Origin: a virus
Length of the DNA stretch: 26,954 nt
IMG/VR virus record: IMGVR_UViG_3300024518_000876
Span: 1 to 26,954 of that record
Reading direction: 5' to 3' (one strand)
Every line of letters starts with the position of its first letter. The first letter of the stretch is position 1. The position numbers were made by a program, and so were the translations under genes. This document shows positions 14,942 through 24,538 of the stretch, piece by piece. A model generated the notes under the pieces. That model saw nothing but the letters and a program-made list of their open reading frames with translations, was not told the DNA's origin and made no database searches.

Positions 14942-15636
14942 TACCAGTTAATAATATACTCTTTTCCATTATTTTTTTCTATTATTTTGTTAATAGTGTT
15001 AAAATGAGGACAATTCCAATCTCTACCCTTTCTTTTAGCTGTAGCAGGTTTTTCATACTTTAAAACATAATGATTGTTAGTATTTACCATTTCTACAAAA
15101 GGTTGCAAAGACCTCCCAATAAACAAAAAAATTACACCTGTACTGTACATATTTATAACTTCAAATACTTTTTCAGTAAAGTGTCTCCAATGTTTATTGT
15201 GGCTATTAGGCTTGTCTTTTTCTACGGTCAAAGCAGTATTTAAAAGTAATACACCTTGACTTGCCCATTTTTCTAAATCATAATCCATAAAGTATAAACC
15301 ATCTTTACATTTTTTCTCAATACAATGCTCTATATCTATTAATGTAGGATGTATTTCTTTATTGACACTCTCATTATTAGCAAATGCTAATCCGGTAGCT
15401 GACCCATCTGTATAAGGATGAGAATTTACTATAACTACCTTTAGGTCATTGAACTGAGTAAGCTTAAATGCTTTAAACATGTCTGACTTATTAGGATATA
15501 CATGAAAAAATGCATATCTTTTTTGTAAAAAATTAGACATATTATTAACCCAATTTTCTCTGAGAGAGACTTGAGCTAATTTTTTAGCCCAATCTCCCAT
15601 TTCTAGTGTGTTTATAAAATTATAAGACTTCTTCAT
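14941..15636 (-). CDS. Family-1 uracil-DNA glycosylase fold with substituted catalytic motifs
   Basis: VYP..FKAF, LKVVI, ATGLAF, WASQGVLLLNTALTVE, PNSH..W; GQDPY replaced by NSHPY and HPSP by KPAT. Confidence 0.8.
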   Translation of the reverse strand: MKKSYNFINTLEMGDWAKKLAQVSLRENWVNNMSNFLQKRYAFFHVYPNKSDMFKAFKLTQFNDLKVVIVNSHPYTDGSATGLAFANNESVNKEIHPTLIDIEHCIEKKCKDGLYFMDYDLEKWASQGVLLLNTALTVEKDKPNSHNKHWRHFTEKVFEVINMYSTGVIFLFIGRSLQPFVEMVNTNNHYVLKYEKPATAKRKGRDWNCPHFNTINKIIEKNNGKEYIINW

Positions 15637-17308
15637 CTGGTTCTACTTCATTTACTTCTTCTGGTTCTAGTGGATTTACTTCGTGATTTACTGGCTCGGG
15701 TCCTCCTACGTTAATTGGAATTTCTCCATATCTACCGGCTAAAGGATGTTGACCAAGTATTTGATCCAGCAGTTCTCTTCTATTTTGTAACTTTGTTATA
15801 TTGAAGATTTCATCAGAATTACTGTTATCAGATTTTGCCCAATTAAATCTACCAGTAGGAATACGTAGTTCATCACCTGTAATGTTACCGTCTCTAAGTT
15901 GATGACTAGTGCATCTACATCTATTAGCAAAATAGTTTTTAAGTCCATCCACTAATCTTAAATCACTAGCATATTCACTATTAATTATTTTTGAAATACT
16001 TAATCCATAAAAGGCACTAGTATCTGCTAAAATAACATTTTGTTTACGTTTAGTATATTTTAAAATTGCTGCGCAAATGAACATAAAATTTATTACTTTA
16101 TTTGGATCATCTGTTGCAGTATGAATTCTGAATTCTACTGTTTTTTTATTACCAAATATAATAGGTATTAAATTTACCCAGTGGTATCTACTTCGTACAT
16201 TCCATTTACTTCTTCCTTCTGGATCTGCCGGGTGACTAGTTACATTTCCTAAATTAGAAAACTGCTCATAATCTTGACCCATAGAAAGGTATTTAAATAA
16301 ATACCCAAAACTTTTTTTTACTTCTTTTGCATTCTTTGCTTTTCTACCCATTTCTGAAAACACTTTAAATACAGGTAAAGGTGCAGTATAGCACTTTTTC
16401 TTAACCCCATGATTTTCTTTTTTATAAATAGGAAACGCACTGAACATTTCATCTTGGACTATTGTTAACACTTTGTACAATGCAACTAAATACTCTTCTG
16501 TTCTTGGTACTCCTCCAAAGTGAATATGTAAAGAACAGTCGTCATTATGAGACGTTCTTTTTTGTAATTCCTTACAAGTTTCTACTATTGTTTGTAAACC
16601 TTTCTTTCCTGATAAAGGTATGGTTACAAATTCTAATCCTGAAATACTACCATCTCTTAAAGGTAGTACTCCTAGTCTAGAAGAAATACGTGGGGGAATA
16701 TATCCCTGTGTAGTTTCAAATTCTAATCCAAAAGATAATCCATCTAACTTAGAACCGTGCTTTTCAATTAGTAGGCTGTTAGGAGTATTAAAGTTTTCTT
16801 TATGAATATCAATAACTGCACCCATGTTTCCATTAGCATCGTAAGGTAATCTTCTTTTTGCTTCCTGTGAAATATTTTTTGAAATAAGTTGCTTAGCGTC
16901 TATTATATTGATGTGATAAAATTTTCCCGATTTTAACTCTTCTCTATAGTAGGTGTTTGTGAATAAATCTGCAAATAAAGCTATAGTTTTTTTTCCTTTT
17001 TTACATAAGACTTCAACATTAAAAAATTGATTATATGTAAAATAACCATATATAAAAGTTTCTAAATCAGGTTTTAAGTTTATTACTCCATAAATAAGAG
17101 AGTCTACTTTTTTTACATACTTTTCTAATCCGTGGTCATAAACAATATAACCTGTGTCTGCTCTGCAGAATTTTCCATCCACTTCATAGCACTGTCCTGA
17201 GCCTTCTATAGAAGAATCTCCTATTTTATAAAAGTTACCTTTGATGTATCTACACTCGTCTCTTAATGCTTCCGTACCATCTATGGTAATTACAAGTTTT
17301 TTGTCCAT
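15620..17308 (-). CDS. Putative amidoligase (Amidoligase_2, glutamine-synthetase-like fold)
   Basis: FGLEFET, DGSI, GLEFVT.PL, CSLHIHFG, RYHWVNL, TVEFRIH. Confidence 0.85.
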   Translation of the reverse strand: MDKKLVITIDGTEALRDECRYIKGNFYKIGDSSIEGSGQCYEVDGKFCRADTGYIVYDHGLEKYVKKVDSLIYGVINLKPDLETFIYGYFTYNQFFNVEVLCKKGKKTIALFADLFTNTYYREELKSGKFYHINIIDAKQLISKNISQEAKRRLPYDANGNMGAVIDIHKENFNTPNSLLIEKHGSKLDGLSFGLEFETTQGYIPPRISSRLGVLPLRDGSISGLEFVTIPLSGKKGLQTIVETCKELQKRTSHNDDCSLHIHFGGVPRTEEYLVALYKVLTIVQDEMFSAFPIYKKENHGVKKKCYTAPLPVFKVFSEMGRKAKNAKEVKKSFGYLFKYLSMGQDYEQFSNLGNVTSHPADPEGRSKWNVRSRYHWVNLIPIIFGNKKTVEFRIHTATDDPNKVINFMFICAAILKYTKRKQNVILADTSAFYGLSISKIINSEYASDLRLVDGLKNYFANRCRCTSHQLRDGNITGDELRIPTGRFNWAKSDNSNSDEIFNITKLQNRRELLDQILGQHPLAGRYGEIPINVGGPEPVNHEVNPLEPEEVNEVEPDEEVL

Positions 17309-17318
17309 TTTTATTTTT

Positions 17319-19187
17319 TTAATTAATTTCTAAAGTACTATCTATTAATGTATTGATTATCTTTATTGCCTTTTCAGCATTTTTATTAGGCAGATACTTT
17401 TTTAATGCTTCTTTACCTACAGGTAATTTTGTTAATGCATCTTCAAAAATTTCATCTATAGTATCTAATACTAATGCATTATCTGCTTCTTCATTATCAC
17501 GGTTAGGACCAAGATATGAATTACCTAAATTATTCCATTCATCTTCAACTTGACAAGTAATACATGTATTATCTCCACATACACAATCATGTAGTTGGTT
17601 AGTTGGGTTTACTTCTGCTTTAGGAAGTGGTAATTCTATAATTGGTTTCTTTGGTTTTAAAACTAGATTTGAAGGAGTACGTAAGTTATTAGTATCTACT
17701 AAGTTTCCGTTAATAAACTTATAGGTTTTATAAGCACCTAATCCTCCCCACCATCCTGTGTATAAGTCACCATTAAACATCACATTTTGAGCAGTGTAAT
17801 GCATATTTGTCAGTATATTACAAACTGGATGTTTAGACATATGACTTAACTGCTTCCAAGTAAATTCATTTGTTTGTCCTACCCTTGCTTTAACTGTTAA
17901 ATAATCTAATTCAGTACGTAAGTTTACACCTTGAACAAAGTAACTAAATTTAATTTCTGATCCCAGGAAAAAAGCCACTTTTTTATTTTCAGCGATGCTT
18001 GCTGCATAAGTATCAAACTCTCCGTCTTCATAATTAAATATTTTACCTTTTACAGAATCAGCTACTTTAGCCGCTTCGTCACGAGTGTGTCCTAAAAAGT
18101 AAAAACCATAGTCACTTATAAAAGTATAAATACCATTTATTAAATGACCGTTTCTAAAATAACGTAGTTTGTGAAAAATAGGTCTTTTACCTACTTGTAT
18201 AGTTGCGAACCTAGGCGTTTCTTTATATATGTTTTGGTCAGGAGATAATTCTATAATCTTTTCCGAAGTATTAAACGCACTATTAGCTTTAGTTATTTTT
18301 TCTGCTTTCTTTTTAAATTGTTGTCTTTTATTAATACCATATTTCCCATTGTTACTGCTAAAATGCGAATTATTATTAAAACTTGAGCCATAAGTTTGCT
18401 TTTGAGTCTGATTTGATCTATCTATTTTATATTTAATTGCTTTAGATATATCTCCATTTGTAATTTTATAAACAATATTAGTATCAAATTCTCCAATATT
18501 TGTGTCATCTCCTCCAGCTAATACTTGTAAAGAAGATTTTAAAGAAGAAATATATAAACTATTTTTACTTTCTTTAAAGAAAAACAAAGGTCTTTCTCCT
18601 TCAGTAGTAGCAGAATGTTCGTAATGTTTACTTTCTCCACGATAACAGTATATTACATTAGGTTCTTCTGTATTAGTAAACACTAAAGCAGCTCCTCCTG
18701 TGTAATCTTCAAGTACATTAAAAGAAGTTGAATGATAAATACATTCTAAGAGTATTTCACTATCAATTTTTACTCTATTTGTTACATAATGTAGCCCTTT
18801 TTCCTCTTCTGAAATTTTTACATCATAAGTATTTGCAATTTCTGTTTTATTGTATAAAGTACCATTATGTACTCCTATAAACTTATAAATGTTATTTTTT
18901 AATCCAAACCCAAACGGATGGGCATTTTCTATAGAAGCGTCTCCATTAGATGCTTGTCTAGTATGCCCTATAACAGTTGGCATTTTTACAGGGTTTGCTA
19001 AAGGTTCACCAGACACTAGGTAATCTTTAAACAGTCTAGTAGCTTTTAAACCTATTCTTATAGTCCCGTCAATAGTTTCTCCACATGAAGTTTTACCTCT
19101 AGATTCGTTATATAACCCTAGTATATTAAAAGAACTTCTGTTAAACTTAGTTGGGTTTTTTCCAGCCCATGCAAATATTCCACACAT
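17319..19187 (-). CDS. Class II (Ntn) glutamine amidotransferase with long unknown C-terminal region
   Basis: MCGIF, SRG, GHTRQAS, NAHPF, HNGTL, DSE; C-terminal CVCGDNTCITC. Confidence 0.9.
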   Translation of the reverse strand: MCGIFAWAGKNPTKFNRSSFNILGLYNESRGKTSCGETIDGTIRIGLKATRLFKDYLVSGEPLANPVKMPTVIGHTRQASNGDASIENAHPFGFGLKNNIYKFIGVHNGTLYNKTEIANTYDVKISEEEKGLHYVTNRVKIDSEILLECIYHSTSFNVLEDYTGGAALVFTNTEEPNVIYCYRGESKHYEHSATTEGERPLFFFKESKNSLYISSLKSSLQVLAGGDDTNIGEFDTNIVYKITNGDISKAIKYKIDRSNQTQKQTYGSSFNNNSHFSSNNGKYGINKRQQFKKKAEKITKANSAFNTSEKIIELSPDQNIYKETPRFATIQVGKRPIFHKLRYFRNGHLINGIYTFISDYGFYFLGHTRDEAAKVADSVKGKIFNYEDGEFDTYAASIAENKKVAFFLGSEIKFSYFVQGVNLRTELDYLTVKARVGQTNEFTWKQLSHMSKHPVCNILTNMHYTAQNVMFNGDLYTGWWGGLGAYKTYKFINGNLVDTNNLRTPSNLVLKPKKPIIELPLPKAEVNPTNQLHDCVCGDNTCITCQVEDEWNNLGNSYLGPNRDNEEADNALVLDTIDEIFEDALTKLPVGKEALKKYLPNKNAEKAIKIINTLIDSTLEIN

Positions 19188-19188
19188 A

Positions 19189-20001
19189 TTATACTTTTTC
19201 TTTTAAATTAATCATTTTTATTTCTCTTACACTAGCTATTATAGAAATAGCTAATTCTTTATTGTTACTATTAATAGCTTCTACAATCTTGTCTTGCATA
19301 GCCATTAACTTCGTTACATTTTCTTTATTTTGTACAAATTTTATTGCGTTAATAGTAGAGTTAAAAGCCCATGCTTTTAGTTCATCTGTGTAAATCCAAA
19401 AATTAGATAAAGTTCTGTACTCTAATCCATAATCTTTAAATCTAAACGCACCTGCTTTACCGTACATTGTTTTTCTTCTATCGTCTTGATCCAGTATAAC
19501 TGATGGAACACCTAAAAACAAATCCATTGCTCTTACTATGTCTTCCACTTGTCCTACATCTCCTGCATTTGGATATCCTACATGTATATGACCACCTGCT
19601 GTTCTTAATTTAGAACTTGATTCTGGTGGAGTATTTGCACATCTTAAATAAGCATTGTAATCTGGTTCGCAACCAAATTCTCTTGCTTGTTTAGTTTGTA
19701 AATACTTAGGATCCAACACTTCGCTCGCAGAATAATGTAGTCTTAAATCTTGTAAGCCTAAAGTAGCTTCTAAATAAGTTAACACTACATTTATTTCTTT
19801 TGTGAACTCCTCTGGAGATGAACAAGGCGGAGTATTAAACTCTACCATTACATTGTCCTCCTGTACAGCATGTCCTTCATCAGTTATATATTTAGGGGCT
19901 TTTTTAGTTCCACCTATTAAACCTTCAGCTGATACTACTTCTGTATCATTTGCTATAAATAATTCTGGGTCAGTTCCTAATTTTATTTTTGTAATATCCA
20001 T
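19189..20001 (-). CDS. phiEco32-like COOH-NH2 ligase type 2
   Basis: LGTDPELF, GGTK..P, QEDNVMVEFN, FGCEPDYNAY, RTAGGHIHVG, RR..YGKAGAFR, GLEYRTLSNFW. Confidence 0.92.
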   Translation of the reverse strand: MDITKIKLGTDPELFIANDTEVVSAEGLIGGTKKAPKYITDEGHAVQEDNVMVEFNTPPCSSPEEFTKEINVVLTYLEATLGLQDLRLHYSASEVLDPKYLQTKQAREFGCEPDYNAYLRCANTPPESSSKLRTAGGHIHVGYPNAGDVGQVEDIVRAMDLFLGVPSVILDQDDRRKTMYGKAGAFRFKDYGLEYRTLSNFWIYTDELKAWAFNSTINAIKFVQNKENVTKLMAMQDKIVEAINSNNKELAISIIASVREIKMINLKEKV

Positions 20002-20028
20002 TTTTTTAAATTTTAAATATTGTTTATA

Positions 20029-20745
20029 TTAACGTAATAAGTACTCTTCTATTAAGTCAAGGCACAGCTCTTTTGTATCAAGGGGACAACTCCTCATTTC
20101 TGGATGACCTTGAATAGCTAAACTTTTACTTTTTTTATAAAATACTATCTCTGGTTCTAGAAAGTCATCTTTTAATTTAATTTCTGAATTTAGACCATTT
20201 AAGTAAGAAGGTGATAAAAAACATGTAGAAAAAGCTATTAATTGAAATGCTTCTTTGTTTAAACAAAAAGGGTTCATCATTTGATGATGAGTAGAAGTAA
20301 TTTCATACTTATAATCATACATATCCCATTTTTCAACTGTTATATTCATTGAATGTGTTTTACCTATAGCGTGATTTTTTACGTCTTGAATAAGCTTTGC
20401 TCCATTAGCTACTGTTAAAAATTGAGCACCTCTACATATACCTAGTTTAGGAACATTTTGAAATTTTTCAAATGTAGTGAAGTCTTTTCTGTCTCTTGGA
20501 ATGTTTACTTGTGTAAATTCACCAACTTCTTCACCATAATATGATGGAGAAACATCTGCACCTCCTGTAAATAGAATTAAATCTATTGATTGTGTAGGGT
20601 CTTTTAAAATGTCTACTAATTTAACATTCCATCTCTTACTTAAAAATGCAACATAGTCTGAATTGCAAGGACCAGGAGAATAAACAAATAAAATAGGTTT
20701 TTTATTTTCTTTTTCTTTCGCTTTTTTCATATCAAATATACTCAT
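20029..20745 (-). CDS. Class I glutamine amidotransferase / peptidase C26 (PuuD-like)
   Basis: FTGGADVSP.YY, GICRGAQ, STHHQ, QGHPE. Confidence 0.9.
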   Translation of the reverse strand: MSIFDMKKAKEKENKKPILFVYSPGPCNSDYVAFLSKRWNVKLVDILKDPTQSIDLILFTGGADVSPSYYGEEVGEFTQVNIPRDRKDFTTFEKFQNVPKLGICRGAQFLTVANGAKLIQDVKNHAIGKTHSMNITVEKWDMYDYKYEITSTHHQMMNPFCLNKEAFQLIAFSTCFLSPSYLNGLNSEIKLKDDFLEPEIVFYKKSKSLAIQGHPEMRSCPLDTKELCLDLIEEYLLR

Positions 20746-20746
20746 C

Positions 20747-21592
20747 TTATTTATTAAATTTTTTTGTTAATAATTTTGGTAACACTTCTAAGTATTTAGA
20801 AGCAGTAACTTCTCCAAAAGAAGGCGCTGAATTAATTTCTACTACAATAAAATCTGGATTTTCTCGTACTTCTCCATTTTTCTTAGTTGCAGATTGTACT
20901 CTTAAATCTATCGCACCAAAGTCTAATCCTACTGCTTTAAGTGCTTTAACACATTCTTGCTCTATTTCTGCCCAATTGCTAGGTTTATCAAAAAGTTCAT
21001 TTTCTTCTAATACCCATACACAATTTGCATCATTTCTGAACCATTTGTGTTCATCAGGTGTATCTTTCTTTAACATTTTTCTACAAGTGTAGAAACAACC
21101 TTCTTCAGATACATGTAATCTGTACTCACGTACATAGTTGTAATACTTTTCAAAGATATATTTATCTAAATTGTTAATCATTTTAAGAAAAGTCATTAAT
21201 TCTTCTTTGCTACCAATTTTAGTATTACCTTCACCTCTACTACCATAGTGTTTTTTAGCTATAATAGGGTAAGGTAATTCTTCTATTACACGAGTTACAT
21301 CGTCTAAAGTAGGTAGTTCCCACCATTGTGCAGTTTTAACACCTTGCTCATTAAAACAACGTTTCATTAACAACTTGTTACTACTATTTTTAATAGCTGC
21401 AACAGTGTTTAACTCTACTCTATTTCCACCATTTGTTATAGTATCTGTTACTTCTGTACTAGACCCTAATCTAATTACAGATTTAAATGGTAACAATGGG
21501 AACTTCCCATATTTAGCACGTAAAACAGTGTGTGATGGATGCCTACTTTTAATTCTTGGGCGAAATTGTGTATATTTTTTTTTATTTATCAT
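20747..21592 (-). CDS. ATP-grasp ligase (RimK/YheCD-like)
   Basis: SNKLLM, PIIAKK..GSRGEG, FEKY, REYRLHV, GLDFGAIDL, VEINSAPS. Confidence 0.9.
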   Translation of the reverse strand: MINKKKYTQFRPRIKSRHPSHTVLRAKYGKFPLLPFKSVIRLGSSTEVTDTITNGGNRVELNTVAAIKNSSNKLLMKRCFNEQGVKTAQWWELPTLDDVTRVIEELPYPIIAKKHYGSRGEGNTKIGSKEELMTFLKMINNLDKYIFEKYYNYVREYRLHVSEEGCFYTCRKMLKKDTPDEHKWFRNDANCVWVLEENELFDKPSNWAEIEQECVKALKAVGLDFGAIDLRVQSATKKNGEVRENPDFIVVEINSAPSFGEVTASKYLEVLPKLLTKKFNK

Positions 21593-22016
21593 GTCTTGTT
21601 TTTGCTGTTAAAATGTAATCAATCCAATCTCCTGATTCAATGTTTTTTAAACCTTGCTTATTATTTTGATTCCAAAAATATATAAATGCTGGTCCTAAAG
21701 GAGTATTAATTATATCTTTTTGGTAGTAATTTTGGTCTTCTTCTCTATCTGCAGAATACCCTTCTAATTGATCTAATTTACTTTCTACACCTTTACATTT
21801 TATATCGTATATTTCCATTACTACTGAAGTATTGCCTTTTTTAAGTAAGGCTGGGAAATTATCTAATACTGATTTTAAAGTATATACAGGATCTGAGTCA
21901 ACTCTTCCTATAAAGTCTACCTTGTCTTCATTATCTAATAAGCGATGATTAGAACCTGTTTTTCTTAAAGTACCATATACTGCATAAAGTGTACCTTCTT
22001 TTTCTTTATTTTTCAT
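21582..22016 (-). CDS. Gamma-glutamylcyclotransferase (GGCT/AIG2-like)
   Basis: YAVYGTLR...NH, FPAL, EIY, LDQLEGY, IESGDW. Confidence 0.9.
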   Translation of the reverse strand: MKNKEKEGTLYAVYGTLRKTGSNHRLLDNEDKVDFIGRVDSDPVYTLKSVLDNFPALLKKGNTSVVMEIYDIKCKGVESKLDQLEGYSADREEDQNYYQKDIINTPLGPAFIYFWNQNNKQGLKNIESGDWIDYILTAKTRHDK

Positions 22017-22025
22017 ATATTTTTT

Positions 22026-23063
22026 TTAAAACGGGGCTTCATGTGCCCACATTAAATTTCTAAGTTGTTCTTGTGCTACTTTTGCACCATGATTCTTAAC
22101 TAAATCTGAAAAATCTTTAGATTTTAGTATAGATTTAATTTCTATTCTAGGTAAGTTTAATTTTGTAGCTAATTTTGTAGAAAATTGCCTACCCCAGTTA
22201 ACATCTGAATCAAAATCATTGTCATATAATATATATATTTTGTCAAATCTTGACTTTAATTCTTCTATTATTTTTTCTTTGGGTTTTACATTCTCTGCTT
22301 GTAAGCTAATTGCAGGTAATCCTGTACACTCATAAATAGACATAACATCTTTTAATGATTTAGTTATAATTAATGTTTCACCTGTTTTAGGTAATTGGGT
22401 CCATCCTTGCCATACAGAGTCATTATGATTATTTACCCATTTATAATTTTCATTATAAGGTTGGTAAACTTTATAAGTTTCTAAATTGTCTTTTTGCTCT
22501 ATAAAACAATATGAATACTTATCTGCACTAACTATTTTATCATTAAAAAACAAATAAGCAATTGGCTCTACATTAAATTTTTTTAAAGTAGGGTAAGTAA
22601 TACCAAATTCTTTCCAGAATCTAAAATCAGCTATTTTCCAACTTCTTGATTTTTTACCTAATTTAAATTTACTTACTTTTGAGATAGCTTTGTCTTTATC
22701 AAATACTTTTATTTTCTTTTTACCAGTATTAATCCTTAAAGGTTTACATGCATACTTTTCTTCTAAATTAAAATCGTAACCAATTTTACTTAATGCTTCA
22801 AAATAAGTTAATCCAAAAAGTAACTCTACTAGTTTTACAAAGTCTCCTCCACCTAATTTAAAATCATTAAAGCACAACTCATTATTTTCTCCTATAAAGA
22901 CTCCAAATGAAGGAGTACTTTCTTTTCTTAGTGGGGATATAAAAGCTCGGTGTATTTCAAAGTCGCCACAATAATGCCTAAATATTGTATAGTCATCTAC
23001 TTCTTTTAATATGTCTTCTTTGTTAATTAATCTTTTATAACCCATTTTGTTTACATTAATCAT
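22026..23063 (-). CDS. DNA primase (TOPRIM)
   Basis: SPLR.E.TPSF, FNDF..GGGD, KVYQP, IITKSLKDVM, LYDND, KDFSD; alternative ATG at 23045. Confidence 0.85.
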   Translation of the reverse strand: MINVNKMGYKRLINKEDILKEVDDYTIFRHYCGDFEIHRAFISPLRKESTPSFGVFIGENNELCFNDFKLGGGDFVKLVELLFGLTYFEALSKIGYDFNLEEKYACKPLRINTGKKKIKVFDKDKAISKVSKFKLGKKSRSWKIADFRFWKEFGITYPTLKKFNVEPIAYLFFNDKIVSADKYSYCFIEQKDNLETYKVYQPYNENYKWVNNHNDSVWQGWTQLPKTGETLIITKSLKDVMSIYECTGLPAISLQAENVKPKEKIIEELKSRFDKIYILYDNDFDSDVNWGRQFSTKLATKLNLPRIEIKSILKSKDFSDLVKNHGAKVAQEQLRNLMWAHEAPF

Positions 23064-23089
23064 AAGAAAAAGGGGCTAATTAAAGCCCC
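23064..23089 (-). terminator. Rho-independent terminator after the SSB-like gene
   Basis: Minus strand GGGGCT TTAATT AGCCCC TTTTTCTT. Confidence 0.75.
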
Positions 23090-23105
23090 ATTATTTAGTT
23101 AATAA

Positions 23106-23678
23106 TTACAACCATTCATCATCACTGTCAGTAGTGGAAGTAGTTCCTTCTACACTGCTAGGTAATGATGGAACGTCCTCTGTGATACGCTCAAGTAAAT
23201 CATTTTTCTTCTTAAACAATCTAGATACAGCTTCATCTGTATCAGCTGCTTCTAAGAAGTCAAAATATCTAACTCTTAAATACTTAGATGGGTATCCTAC
23301 ATTTCCGTAGGTAACATAGATGTTGAATTTCTTCTCATCTGCATTCTTATTAATAAGTTTAAATAACCCATCAATAACTGCCTTGTAATCAGCATACTCT
23401 GGAAACTCATAGTCAGCTCCTAACACTGCTCTTGCAATGTGTAATACACGGTTAATAGATAACTGTTGCTTTGTTTCCTCAGCATAGTAAAATCCATCAT
23501 TAACTTCTCCTCCATTTTCATCTGTAACAACTAATTTGTAATCAGGTAAATTATCTGCATCTGCTGCAGTTTTCTTAGTAACTGCAATAGTTACATTGTT
23601 TACTTTTCCAGCTTTACCACCGTTAAAAATTGTTGCGTACTCTTTCTCTTTAAAGTTTTCTCCGTTTAAATTTATCAT
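23106..23678 (-). CDS. Putative single-stranded DNA-binding protein
   Basis: Between a Sak4-like ATPase and primase; flexible acidic tail ending SDDEWL. Confidence 0.55.
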   Translation of the reverse strand: MINLNGENFKEKEYATIFNGGKAGKVNNVTIAVTKKTAADADNLPDYKLVVTDENGGEVNDGFYYAEETKQQLSINRVLHIARAVLGADYEFPEYADYKAVIDGLFKLINKNADEKKFNIYVTYGNVGYPSKYLRVRYFDFLEAADTDEAVSRLFKKKNDLLERITEDVPSLPSSVEGTTSTTDSDDEWL

Positions 23679-23740
23679 ATTTATTTTTTTATTATTTATT
23701 ATTTTAATTTTTTAATGTTGTATAGTAGTATCTTTTACTA

Positions 23741-24508
23741 CTATATAAAAATCTTAGTCCAATCTATCGTCAAATCGCCTGTATTTTCGTCTGATACAGC
23801 TACTACAATTTTCTGACCCTTCAGATGGGTACTTCTGGCTCCCGCCGTTAAACTTTCAGAAGGTTGAAAGTTGATGATAGTTTCATTATCATCTCTATAG
23901 ATATAACCTATAGCATCTACTTGTGAACATAAAATACTTGAACTTTTACCTGTCAAATCTAAACCTCTCTCTGGCATCTCTTTACCATCTTTTTCTACGA
24001 GTTTATCTTTTAGATGTCCTATAATAATAAAAGTATCACATAAATCCTCAAGTTCATTTAAAACCATTTGTAAAGCCATTCTAGTGTATCTATAACCAGC
24101 ACCTTGAGGTAAATCCCTCACATCTTCGCCAGTCCAATTTCTACCCATAGAAGTCTTTCTATACAACTTTCCTGCTAATCCTAAAACAATATCTTCTAAA
24201 GCTGTCACTGTGTCTAAAGCGATGTAATTATATACAAACCCTCCCTTTTCTTTATTAGCTTCTTTGATTTTATTTATTACTTGTTTTAAAATAACAATAG
24301 GTTCTACTTCTTCTTTAGTTGCTATTGCTTTAACATTAATTTTTAAAGCATCTACAAATTCAGAACCTGATTCTAAATCAATTATTAAGCAGTTATCTAA
24401 CTCACTTAATATAGTAGTTTTTCCAGTCTTAGGTTTTCCATATATAACCATAGTCTTAGGGTTTACTCTCCCTGCTTTAACTTTTTTATTTGGTAATTCC
24501 AACATCAT
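23741..24508 (-). CDS. Sak4-like / AAA_24 ATPase
   Basis: YGKPKTGKTT, IIDLESG, LDTVT, GAGY, IIGH, VDAIGY. Confidence 0.85.
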   Translation of the reverse strand: MMLELPNKKVKAGRVNPKTMVIYGKPKTGKTTILSELDNCLIIDLESGSEFVDALKINVKAIATKEEVEPIVILKQVINKIKEANKEKGGFVYNYIALDTVTALEDIVLGLAGKLYRKTSMGRNWTGEDVRDLPQGAGYRYTRMALQMVLNELEDLCDTFIIIGHLKDKLVEKDGKEMPERGLDLTGKSSSILCSQVDAIGYIYRDDNETIINFQPSESLTAGARSTHLKGQKIVVAVSDENTGDLTIDWTKIFI

Positions 24509-24530
24509 CTTCCTGTACCATCATCTTCCT
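24503..24530. repeat. 12-bp direct repeat duplicating the translation start (minus strand AGGAAGATGATG x2)
   Basis: CATCATCTTCCT at 24503-24514 and 24519-24530. Confidence 0.8.
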
Positions 24531-24538
24531 ACCTTTAA

